Assembly (NCBI GenBank): GCA_050273025.1
Contig: CP158635.1
Location: 15,128,001 to 15,192,000, forward strand
Origin: Cenococcum geophilum
Taxonomy: Eukaryota
DNA: 64,000 nt
Reading direction: 5' to 3'
Below, in pieces: positions 39,400-50,700 of the stretch (its first letter is position 1; the number at the start of each line of letters is the position of its first letter). The notes under the pieces were generated by a model that had not been told where the DNA came from, did no database searches, and saw nothing but the letters and a program-made list of their open reading frames with translations. Position numbers and translations under genes: made by a program.

Positions 39400-40450
39400 A
39401 GGAGGGTGCGATATTATTAGATCTGCGTATTAGTAATTATACGCTAATATAAAATCTCTAGGTTTAGTAACTTCTATATAGGGACGTTTGCTAATTAGTA
39501 GATAAGGGAAGGAAATTTACTTTTTGGGATTAGTTAGGATAGGTTAGTAGTGCTAAGATATAGTAGTTTTAAAGAAAGTATTTAACCGGAATAGAGCTTT
39601 TAACACTTTCCTATCTAAATTAAGCATTTTTACATAATTTCAAATATTATAAAATAATTTAGGTGCTGTAAAGCTATAAGAAAGTTGTTAATATTAGGTA
39701 AATTTAATCTCCGGTAGGTATTATAGGTAAAGGCTAAGAAAACTAATAGCTATACTACTCTAAGTCTTTGTATAATATAAAGCTTAATTTTATATCTAAT
39801 AGCTAAAGCCGCTTTAGTAACATTATAATATCCTATAATTTTTACAAATAATTTAATATAGCTAACTCCCTTTATAGAAGCGGCTTAACTTTTAACTAAA
39901 TATTTAATCCTTAATGTACCTATAGACTTTAATTGCTATTTCTTAAAAGAATCTATAAGCGTTTATTAGCTAAGAAGTTTTTAAAAAATAGCGTTATTTA
40001 ATAAATTGCTATTAGTAGTAATAAGATCCTTAATAAGAGGATATTTGTTTAACTACTTTGGTTTATTAATAACAACCTTTAGATCTTTCTCTACGGATAT
40101 ATTAACAAATTCCTTAATCTTAGGGAGGTTTATTAATAATGCTTTAAGTAGGCTTATATATCTAGATAAAAGAAAAGGTAAAGAAGCAACCCTATTTCCT
40201 AAAGAAGGTTAGACACTCCCTAGAGAAAGCTAGATATTCCTACTCTCTAAAAAAGGCTAAATAATATCCTTATTTACTAAAGAAGGCTAAACACTTCCTA
40301 GAGAAGGTTAAATAATATTACCTTTATTTTTTAGAAAAGGCTAGGTGTTCTTACTCTTTAAAGAAGGCTAAATATCCTTACTTCCTAAAGGGGTATAGAG
40401 CGGACTATAGTGGCCGCGTTTATTCTTTAAAAGAGGTAAAAAATATTAAA
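39400..40450 (-). pseudogene. RIP-degraded ORF relic of unknown function in the non-TE backbone
   Basis: One minus-strand frame reads as protein broken mainly by RIP-type stops (...LPKIKEFVNISVEKDLKVVINKP...TKAALAIRYKIKLL...), preceded by short QPS-like repeats (~40200-40385). Boundaries are approximate and no family is assigned. Confidence 0.4.
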
Positions 40451-41738
40451 AGGTATTAATAGGAAGCTTCTAGAACATTTAAATAGTATATATAATATTA
40501 GGGAGATAAGGTTAAAGCTACTTATTAGAGGTATTACGGATAACATCTAAAGCTATTATAATGCTAAAGTCTATAATAGTAGGTTATAAATTATATAGTT
40601 TATATTAAAATAAAAAAGTAGTAGGGTGTCCTCCGCTTTTAATTTCCTAATAGATTGCTAGCATACCTCTACCTATAAGACTTAAAAGAGTTTTACGCTA
40701 ATACATTGCTTTAATTAAGTGCGCAATATTTAATTAAAGCGATGTAATTAGTATAAGGCCTTTATTAAAGCTGCGCTAATATAATAGCGATTATTGACCT
40801 CTAAACTGTATTACTTTTGCTTATAATATATAATTAAAAATTGGGTCTCTCTTCTAGCTAAGATAGGAGGCGATATAAGTCGCAAACTTAATTAGGCGTA
40901 TAATATAAAATATCTAGTAATATAGCTTATTCTATTACAGAAGACCATAAGCCTTAATACTATTAGAGGATTCCTTTTTTAACTAACGCGTAGGATATAT
41001 AATTTATAATAATTTTTTCCTTAAGGAGCTAAAGAGTAAGACGCCTTAATAGATCTAAGAATACTATATAAAGGAAAAGGATACGGAAATACCTAAGATA
41101 TAGAGCTAATTTCCGCCCCGTTATATTGGGGATATATAATTATCTTTATTATCCGCTCTACTAGTTACCTTAACGCGTCTTCTATATCTTTTATTTATTA
41201 CTACCCTACTTTACTATTTTTACCACTTCTTTTAAACTATTCCCTAGTTTGTCCTATTTCCGCTAACTATTTACGGCCGCTCTTTACCCATTAATATAGA
41301 TACTTATTTAACTATTAGCTTATTTATTAAAGCCATAACTTACTAAATTACGCCAACTATTAGTTTTTTAATGCGTTATATTTGGCTGTCTCTTATATTA
41401 ATTATTAGTACTCTAGCCGCTTATAGTTAGGATTAAGGTTCTAAATACAGTGCATTAATTACTAAGCTTTATTAATAAGCAAATACCCTATAACCTGTTA
41501 AGGTAGATCTAAAAAAGGCGCCTTTTATTACTAGGATTAGTTAGCTTATAAAGAGCTTATAAAGCTAGGAAATAATACCTTCTAAGTTAGGCAATTTTAA
41601 GCGTCCTAGTATTAGTCTATTATATAATTAAATTACTATAGGTCTAAATAACTAGTAAAGGGCATTTAGGGGTCTGGTAGATCCTATATATATATAATAT
41701 TAATAAATCCCCCAAATACTTAATAATATAATATTAAG

Positions 41739-42251
41739 TGTTAGGTGACGAAGTTACCTCGCCTATATATATTGTTCCGCACAGCCATGCCTAGCGTTAA
41801 GCCAGTCACTCGTTTACCTTTTATGGGTTTATGTGGCTAAGTGGTGCGGAGCTTATCACCTTATATAGTGACTGGCTTGATACCCAAGGCCTTGTAGGTT
41901 TAAACCTCGTTCGAACCCCAGGCTGACTCAAAAACAGCCTAGCCGGTCCTACGACTAAAGCGCAAGGCGGCCTCTTTAGGCGCCGTGCTGTAGCTGCTGG
42001 AGGTCTAGTATATATTAAGCGCGACATGCATATCCGCGAGCCGGCATCACGACCGAAGCTCGGCACTAAGCCGCGCTCCTGAGCCTACGGGACAGGGAAT
42101 TGCGCCTATAGACAGTCGCTATTGGGAGGGATGTATTGTCAGGTGACGAAGTCACCTCGCCTATATATATTGTTCCGCACAGCCATGCCTAGCGTCAAGC
42201 CAGTCACTCGTTTACCTTTTATAGGTTTGTGTGGCTAAGTGGTGCGGAGCT
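41739..42251 (+). mobile_element. TRIM-like miniature LTR retroelement (~513 bp, non-coding)
   Basis: Direct repeats at 41739..41858 (TGTTAG...TATCA) and 42137..42251 (TGTCAG..., last ~5 nt missing). 278-bp interior, purine tract GGGAGGGATG just before the second repeat, TATATATA box in each LTR. No TSD found. Confidence 0.8.
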
Positions 42252-42880
42252 AGCTTAGAGTTAAGATTTTGGTATATAGTTAAAATTAATTCTTTAGTCT
42301 TTAAATAAATCTATTTATACTATAATATAAATTTATATATATGCGTCTAAAATCCTTAAAATTATAGCGCTTGTGCATTAAGGGGGAATTATACTAGTGG
42401 CGTTATTGTATTTATTAGCCGCTTAGTGCTCTATTAAATAGATATATTCTACTAAATATTCTCCTAATACTATTAACGTTTCTATTATACCTTTTATAGC
42501 TTTAATATAAGATATACTCTAATTAATTACTTTAGTAATACAATCTATTATTATTACTTTTAAGGTTAATAAAATCTATTAATTTAGATAATAAAGTTTA
42601 CTTTATAAATATTCCTAATAAGTTAAGGAGAGTGACTAGTCTAGTATTTAGCAAGGGTTTTACTAATAATAGTTAATCTAGAGCTACTAGCACTAATTAC
42701 CCACTTAATATTAATTAATTTAGCTCTCTAAAAACTACCTAAACTATTAGTTTATATTATTAGCCTTTCCCTAATAAGACTCTACTAATACTTTATAAAG
42801 TCTAACTTAACTAGCCCTTATATAAATAATAAGCCCTTAGTATCCATATATAAGTCTTAGGTAATTAAGTAATAATTTAA

Positions 42881-43275
42881 GGGGTCGTTCGGTTGCAAGT
42901 CCAGATCAGAATGAGGACTTCAGAATGGATCTAATCTGGAGCTCCAATCTGATTCTGAGGCGATCGTTCGGTTGAATTCCAGTTCAACTTGACTTTAGCC
43001 ACAAACTTTTGATGTTCCTCTGACCGCCTAAAAAACACGCTAAAATAAGGCGCACTTTACCATATATGGAATCTGAACTAAGGTCTTGGCGTCAGTTCAA
43101 ATGAGGAGCTCGAAGCTCCTCATTTGAACTCCAGATTAAATCTGAAGGCTTCAGATTGCACACGTCCGTGCAACCCGTAGAGCCACAGACGCGTGTCAAA
43201 TCGGGAAGGAGCGCGTTCTTTCTGCCGGACTTTCAGTTCAGATTCAAAAACGTCAGATTGCAACCAAACGACCCC
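42881..43275. mobile_element. PIF/Harbinger-type MITE (395 bp), essentially untouched by RIP
   Basis: 18-bp TIRs GGGGTCGTTCGGTTGCAA / TTGCAACCAAACGACCCC, 3-bp TAA TSD (42878..42880, 43276..43278), and an internal perfect 17-bp inverted repeat at 43094..43130. Confidence 0.88.
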
Positions 43276-45676
43276 TAAGTTAATAAACACGACTTTTAAG
43301 GATAGTAATAGTTAAGATAGTATTTTGTTAAAGCTTAATAGATTAATATTAGGTTATAAGCAGAAATATTATAGCCTTTTTTTTAAATACTGGAGTAAGT
43401 GGTAAATGGATAAATAAAGAAAAAGCTATTATATACTTTTTAAGGTAGGATAGTATTTGTATTAATTTAATGATATAAGGCGAGTTATATCCCGGGGCAC
43501 GAAATACGTATAGTATCGTATGCTCTTTAGGATGGTAGTAACTATCGATTGTATAAAGCAGACTACGTAGTCTATATACTAATGCGCCTCCCCCCTAATT
43601 AGTTAGTGCTTTAGGAGTGCACTAAACGCGTAAGCGGGTGGTTGGTACACCGAACGCGTAAACGCGTACTCGGCGTACCGAACGCGTAAGCACGCGGTTA
43701 GTACGACAGGTGCTGTAATTATACACTAGCGGTACTTAGAAAATGAAACCACTTATATATAGCCTCTGTAATTGTCTTAATAGAACTATAAAATATATAA
43801 GAAAATACATAGGAAATCCCTCTTAAGGTACCTTCTGGGTTACCTTCTAAATGGTGCTCTAAGCTGGCCGTAAGTCCTACTTACGGTCTGTAAAATAAAC
43901 TATACGGCCTTTTGACCGGCCGTAACTAAACCGTAAATGCTCCGTTAGCCTCGCTCTACCTATTTTATAACCTTTAGGTTGAGCTTATTTGTGTTAATTA
44001 GGGTTTTAAGAGCTTAACACGGCTTTGCCTTAGTCATGGCGTCTACTAAGTTGTCTCCACTGCTGATCTATTTAACCTCCGTAATCTTATATTGTTTATA
44101 GGCCTAACGTAAGCACATTAGGTCGACCATAAGCCTCTTTTCCTATGTCGTGCCTAGTTTTAACTAGGCAGTTGTAGAGGGACTTTAAATTAGTATATAA
44201 AACTAGGGGTAGCTGCTCTAATTATAGGATCTTCTAGATCGTTAATTTAATTACGGCTGCTATATTAAAGCTATGGGCTAGTATATATAGTTTAGAAGCT
44301 AGTACGCTACGGGTTCCTTGTTTGTATTTAATTAAAGACTAATATAGTATATTTGCGTCTTAATTACGGTCTATAAGTACAGTTATAAAGCCAATTTGTG
44401 ATAATAGGTCCCTATTATTAGCAAAGGAGGCGTCCGTAAATACCATTATGCTAATAAAATTTAGGTCTAGCGGTATAAAAGTAAGTCCTCTTATTACGTT
44501 GTTAATTTGCCATTAAATGCGCTTATTAAGCCACTTAATATTTTCTTCTTGCGGATTTACTACCTGGGCAGCAAAGGATAAGTTATAGGTAGATTTGGGT
44601 TAGCAGACTATAGTAATATAGGCACCTCTTACACGCTATATAGCGTATTAGTCCTTTATATTTATAGTCTTATGGGTCTTTTTATAGGAACTAGTAAGGT
44701 CTATAGGCTTTACTATAATAAGCTTTAGGTTTTAAGCTTGGCGTTCCTAGGTTAGCTAAATTAAGTTGCCCTTTTATATAATTAAGCCTCCGTTAAACTT
44801 AATTAGAGTCTACTTAGTTAACTACTCTTACAGCTTTGCTAGGAACTTAGCTTCTTATAGTTTAGTCTCTTTAGCGTCTATAAAAGTCTAGTCTACTAAG
44901 AATAGGGTATTGTCTATTTAGAGACTAACGATACTAAGGCCGTTTAATTAGGTGTATAGGAGGTAGGGGTTATAGGTTAACTACTCTATCTTAAGTTTAC
45001 GGACGTAGTACTGGTGGTATATTTTAAATTAGTGGTTTCTAGCTTCCGGCACTTCGTAAAGTGGTTTTATAACCCATAAAATTGTTTTTAGTTATAGATT
45101 AAGCTTATGGGGTAGCCGTATAAAGATGTCTCTACTTAGGTAGGTATTAGACTGCATATAGGCCTGTAAGATATTCCGTAAGTAAAGGGCTACGGGTTTA
45201 GTTTACTATAGTCCCGGCGTAAGTATAAGTATAATCTATTAACTAACCCGTTAAATTATAGGCGATTGCGTAAGGACTAAGTCCTTTCTTTAGTCGTTAT
45301 AAGCTTATATAATAAGCCTTAACTTTTTAAAGGCTTTATTAGTACATTGGCAAAATATAGTACCCTTTCAATGGCCTCAATGGTTGGTGGTTAACGCAAT
45401 TGGCGCACAGTTGAGGGCATTTAGCAACTTGACCGACTAGCCTATATCGTGTTTTTTTTAACACGCAGCCTGCGCGCAGCCTACGCGCAACCTACGCGCA
45501 ACCTGCGCGCAACCTGCCAATAATCTACGCATTTGGCAACCATAATTATATTTACCTCTTTTATACTAATAATATATTTTAAATAAATAAAAGCTATTTT
45601 AAAGCTATTTATAAGGCTAGCAAAATAAATATTATTATTTTAGATAATTTAATATAATATAGCGATGGTTCTCTTT

Positions 45677-46078
45677 TACCTATCTACCTATTAACTTACC
45701 TACCTACCTACATCGCCTACCTATTTGCATCGCCTACCTATCTACATCTACCTATCTACATTTACCTACCTATCTACATCTGCCTACCTATCTATATTTA
45801 CCTACCTATTAGCATCTACCTACCTATCTACATCTACTTACCTGTCTGCATCTACCTACCTATTTATATCTACTCGTCTATATCTACCTACCTATCTATA
45901 TCTACCTACCCGTTAGTATCTACCTACCTATCTACATCTGCTTGCCTATCTGTATCTACTTACCTATCTACATCTACCTGCCTATCTATATCTGCTTACC
46001 TGTCTGCATCTACCTACCTATCTACATCTACCTACCCATTAGCATCTACCTGTTTATACCTACCTGTCTATACTACCT
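45677..46078. repeat. CTAC-rich degenerate ~18-bp minisatellite (TCTACCTACCTATCTACA)
   Basis: Directly visible tandem array with almost no G on the + strand. Confidence 0.85.
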
Positions 46079-46122
46079 TAATTCGATCGATTAATCGAAT
46101 CGTTTATAGTATTGGCTAGCTA

Positions 46123-46872
46123 GTCGTTGTCGTCTGGCTCTGGCGACGGTTGTCTGGTTCTGGCGACGGTCGTCTGGTTCTAGCGACGGTCGTCTGGCTC
46201 TAGCAACGGTTGTCTAGTTCTGGTAACGGTCGTCTAGTTCTGGCGACGGTTGTCTGGTTCTGGTAACGGTCGTCTGGCTGGCGACGGTTGTCTGGTTCTG
46301 GCGACGGTCGTCTGGTTCTGGTAACGGTCGTCTGGCTGGCGACGGTCGTCTAGTTCTGGCGACAGTCGTCTAATTCTGGTAACGGTCGTCTGGCTAGCGA
46401 CGGTCGTCTGGTTCTGGTAACGGTCGTCTAGCTGGCGACGGTCGTCTAGTTCTGGTGACGATCGTCTGGCTTTAGCAACGGTCGTCTGGTTCTGGTAACG
46501 GTTGTCTGGCTGGTAACGGTCGTCTGGTTCTGGCGATGGTTGTCTGGTTCTGGTGACAGTCGTCTGGTTCTAGCGACGATCGTCTGGCTCTGGCAACGGT
46601 TGTCTGGTTCTGGTAACGGTCGTCTGGCTAGCGACGGTCGTCTGGTTCTGGCGATAGTTATCTAGTTCTGGTAACGGTCGTCTGGCTGGCGACGGTCGTC
46701 TGGTTCTGGTAACGGTTGTCTGGCTGGCGACGGTCGTCTGGTTCTGGCGATAATCGTCTGGCTCTGGCAACGGTCGTCTGGTTCTGGCGACGGTTGTCTG
46801 GCTAGCGATGGTCGTCTGGTTCTGGTAACGGTTATCTGGTTCTGGCGATGGTCGTCTAGTTCTAGCAACGGT
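46123..46872. repeat. Minisatellite of mixed 20-bp and 18-bp units (CGGTCGTCTGGTTCTGGCGA / CGGTCGTCTGGCTGGCGA)
   Basis: Directly visible period-20 array with interspersed 18-bp variants. Confidence 0.92.
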
Positions 46873-47003
46873 CCTCTGCTGGCTGCCGTTCTGGTGCCTC
46901 CCTAGGTAGGGAGGATATAAAGAAGGAAGGAAGGGTAAAAAATAAGGTGGCTACATAGGGTAGAGGCACGTGTAGAGGCTATCGGGAATATAGCGGGGAC
47001 CCG

Positions 47004-47318
47004 ATGCAGAGCTTCGTGTAGAGCCTCTGTACGCAGAGCTTCTCGCAGAGCTTCTCGCAGAGCCTCGTGCAGAGCCTCTATACGCAGAGCTTCGCGCAGA
47101 CCCTCGCGCAGACCCTCGCGCAGACCCTCGTGCAGAGCTTCGTGCAGAGCTTCGTGCAGAGCCTCTGTACGCAGAGCTTCGTGTAGAGCCTCGTGTAGAG
47201 CCTTATGCGAAGCTTCGTGCAGAGCTTTGTGCAGAGCCTCTATGCGCAAAGCTTCGTGCAGAGCCTCTGTACGCAGAGCTTCGTGTAGAGCTTTATATAG
47301 AGCCTTATGCAGAGCCTC
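47004..47318. repeat. Minisatellite of 12-bp and 15-bp units (GCAGAGCTTCGT / GCAGAGCCTCTGTAC)
   Basis: Directly visible; the minus strand translates to EALH/EALRT repeats. Confidence 0.9.
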
Positions 47319-47331
47319 CAAGTAATAAGAC

Positions 47332-47790
47332 TATAAGATTGTATAAGATTGTATAAGATTGTATAAGATTGTATAAGATTGTATAAGATTGTATAAGATT
47401 ATATATAATAGTTAAATATATAGTATATAACTTTACCTTAATCGCACGTCAAGAAATATACAGTTAGCTTTTAAAGTTGTTAAGTAGGTTAACTGCATAT
47501 TAAGTTAGTTAAATTGTATGTTAAGTAGGTCAACTACATGTTAAGTTAGTTAAATTGCATATTAAGTAGGTCAACTGCGTGTTAAGTTAGTTAAATTGCA
47601 TATTAAGTAGGTTAACTGCGTGTTAAGTTAGTTAAATTGCATGTTAAGTAGGTTAACTGCGTGTTAAGTTAGTTAAATTACATGTTAAGTAGGTCAACTG
47701 CGTGTCGAGTTGGTTAAATTGCATGTTAAGTAGGTTAACTGCGTGTTAAGTTAGTTAATTGCGTATCGAGTTAGTTAAATTATATGTCAA
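47332..47790. repeat. 10-bp array (ATAAGATTGT x7) followed by a 20/40-bp array (GTTAAGTAGGTCAACTGCGT-GTTAAGTTAGTTAAATTGCAT)
   Basis: Directly visible at 47332..47401 and ~47478..47790. Confidence 0.88.
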
Positions 47791-50700
47791 TTACGCGAAA
47801 CGCGAAAACCAAAGTCTACTTGAATCTCATCCTGCGAATATTTTCCCGATGTACTAGGGTACTTAATTTTGTTAATAAAGCGCGAGTTAAATATACGGAC
47901 GCCTTGCGGGATATCTCTCTCCGTTATAACCGCAAAGACGCCCTTTTTAAGTAGTCCGTTAATCTCTTTGCGTCGTAAGTCCGTAAAAGGGGTTTCCTAT
48001 ACTAGAACTAATATATCTATAGGTGGAGATTGCCTTGCGGATATTCCTATGGAGGTTAGGTAATTTTCTATTACGGGGTTCTTAGTTATAGGGTACTTTT
48101 AGGGGCGTCCTCAACCGCGCTTTACGGTGGGTTTAGTAGGTTTAGTAAGTTCCTAGGGGACTTCTGGGGTAGGCAAGGGTGCTTTTAGTTTGTTTGGTTT
48201 AGCGGGTGCTTCTAGTTCGTCTAGTTCAATGTTATGGGTATATTTGGGCCGAAAATAGGGTTTTATAGACGTGCTTTTAAAGCTAGTCGGTCCGCTAGGG
48301 AGTTGTATATAGTAGGTCTCGTCTTCTACAGCTAGTAAATAGTAAGGTTTAGTTTAGTTACCGCTTTTACGCCATATAAGAACTTTAGAATTAAGTGGGA
48401 GGTTATGTACTAAGGTTATATTAGGTCCATTACAGTAGTGCAGAGCATTATTAATAGTTTATTTGGCCTGTAATTTAACTATTTCGGCTATTGCCTTTCG
48501 TATTATAGCTGCTTAATCCGTAACGGACGGGGTAGGAAGGTCCAGTTTGCTTATCCTTAGGTAGGCTCTATAGACTAAGAGGGTAGGTACTAGTCCGTTA
48601 GGGCCAGCGGTGTTATTAACGGCTTTTACGGCCATCTATAAAGCTAGTTCTTTTTAGATATTCTTATACTTGTCCGTAATAATCTGGTAAGCTTTTTATA
48701 AAGCTAGGTAAGCTTACTTAATAAGCCTAATAAACTAGTGCGCCTTAACTGGAACGGCTTTTATTAAAATAGCTATAGCTATAGCATACTATTGGAATTC
48801 CTTACTAATGAAGTTCCTACTGGCGTTGTAGGTAATATACTTAGGAGGTCTAAGGTATATATTAATCCAGTAGGTCTATAAAATGTCCTAAGTATATTTT
48901 ATGGATATATTTTACAACCAACGGGCGGCTTAATAGTGGGTTGCCTCGTCAATTATATATAATACTGGACTGCCGTTAATATATATAATGTCCACGTATA
49001 CTAAGTGGTTAAAGTTAAGGTCCTTATAAAGGGTGAACTTAAATCGGCCTAGGGAACGTCCGTATTTCTAGCAAAAAGAGCAGTATTTAGTTAGGTGGTT
49101 GATTGCCTTCCTATTAACATTATTATGTCCAGAGCGTTTAAGGACTCTATATAGCTTTTCGGCTAATGGGTAGCCGAAGTAGCGGTGTAGGTGGTAGATC
49201 TTAGTACTAGTAAGGTAGCACAGGTTATAGTTAAAAGATTCCTAAATGTAGGTCCGTAAAGTCTCTCCCTATATAAGGAACGGGTGTCTAAATTGTTATA
49301 TAATTGGTAAGGTAATATACTTACTTCCTAGGGCAGTTATAGGGCCAATTAGGGTGTCCGTAATATTATTGTAGTATACCTATAACTTATTTATATCCGC
49401 AAGGTAGAGTAAGAAAGGAGTGTCTACTTTTACTACGTGGAAGTTAACTAGGCCAATTAGAGTCTTAACTGCTACTAATCTAATTAATGCGGTTAAGCCA
49501 ATGCCGAACTAGACGTTTACGGCCCTAGTTTACGTAACGTCAATGTCCGTATTATTATTTATAGTATTTCTATATATAAGGTATTGTCCGTAGCCTACGG
49601 TAGACTTCTTAAAGGCACCTATATCAATTATAACACCGTAGAATTCCTTAGGGGTATAGCGTTCTGTAATAATATATGCAAATAGGTCCTGCTTATAATC
49701 TATAATGTTTATAATAGGGGTACTTATAGAATAGTTTTTGGGCGTAACTAAGTATATAAAGGAACGGTTGGCTAATATGGTTGTAATATTAAAGGCTTGG
49801 CTGTCTATAAAAGGTCTAAAAGTGGTTAGGAATATCTTTAAGGTCTCTTATTCCTAAGCATTTAAGTTAAAGTTAATTATAAGGGCTTCTATTAACTCGT
49901 TAAGAGACTCCTCTACCTCCTCTCCTTTATAGTTTAAGATAAACTAGTTAATCTAATTGTTAAATCTCTTCTTAGACTTATTGCGTTCTTCCTAGGTATA
50001 CCTTATAGACTAATATCCTTCCTTACCGTATACAAAATACTTCTAGCTGGTTTGTCTATAGGGGTATACTTTTGTATAGGAGTTACTGCGGGGGTTATAG
50101 GTAGGACTTAGTTGGTATAGGTACTGCTAGTAGTAGCGGCGGTCCGTAAAGTAAGCGTCTAAGTTAGTTTACGGGTTTTACAGGTCCGTAATAAAGGCTT
50201 AAGTACTACCTAGCGGGTTTAAGACTTTATACGTTATAATGGAGGACTATAAATCGTTAATAAGGCTAGTTAAGGTGTCTATAGGCTTATAATAGGTATA
50301 TTTACAGGGCTCTACTTCCTAGTAAGCTATAATAAGTTTGTTATATAGAAAGTCGTCTATTTAAAGCTTAATATTAAGGCCGTGTTATAGGTGCCGAAGG
50401 TCTTTAATAAGGATTTGCAGGTACTCTATAGTCGATTTTTCGGTATTCTTATTAATTACGGTCTATAACTTAGTCGCATTCCATTAGGTAAGGATATTAC
50501 GCCTATATTCTAGTCCTTTAAAGTAGTTATATATAGCTTTATATAGCTTATTAAAGGAAACACCAAGGGGGTTACTCTTAAGGTTGGTATAGTAGTGGTT
50601 AAGGGCTAGGCCGCGTAGTATAGTGGAATAGGCTTGGCTAAATTCCTATTTAGGAATATTAGCCTTCTAATAAAGGTCCGTAAAGATAGTAAGTTTAAAG

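Larger units (their letters stand above)
45345..47851. mobile_element. Non-autonomous TIR element (~2.5 kb) made of stacked tandem-repeat arrays
   Basis: Absent from Copia B at the equivalent site (TTATTAGTACTAGGGT). Termini CATTGGCAAAATAT / ATATTTTCCCGATG (12 of 14 complementary). The duplication reads as TA, or as GTAC if the ends are 45346/47850. Confidence 0.82.

Noticed and set aside
46123..46872. Regular repeat array resembling a CRISPR array, and the PEPDDRRQ ORFs 46570..46868
   Set aside because: Units are contiguous with no unique spacers, the context is eukaryotic, and the 20-bp unit shifts frame, so the ORFs are by-products.
46902..47321. 139-aa EALH-repeat ORF as a functional gene
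   Set aside because: It starts at TTG, consists almost entirely of the minisatellite and lies inside a non-autonomous element. It is kept only as a possible coding remnant.
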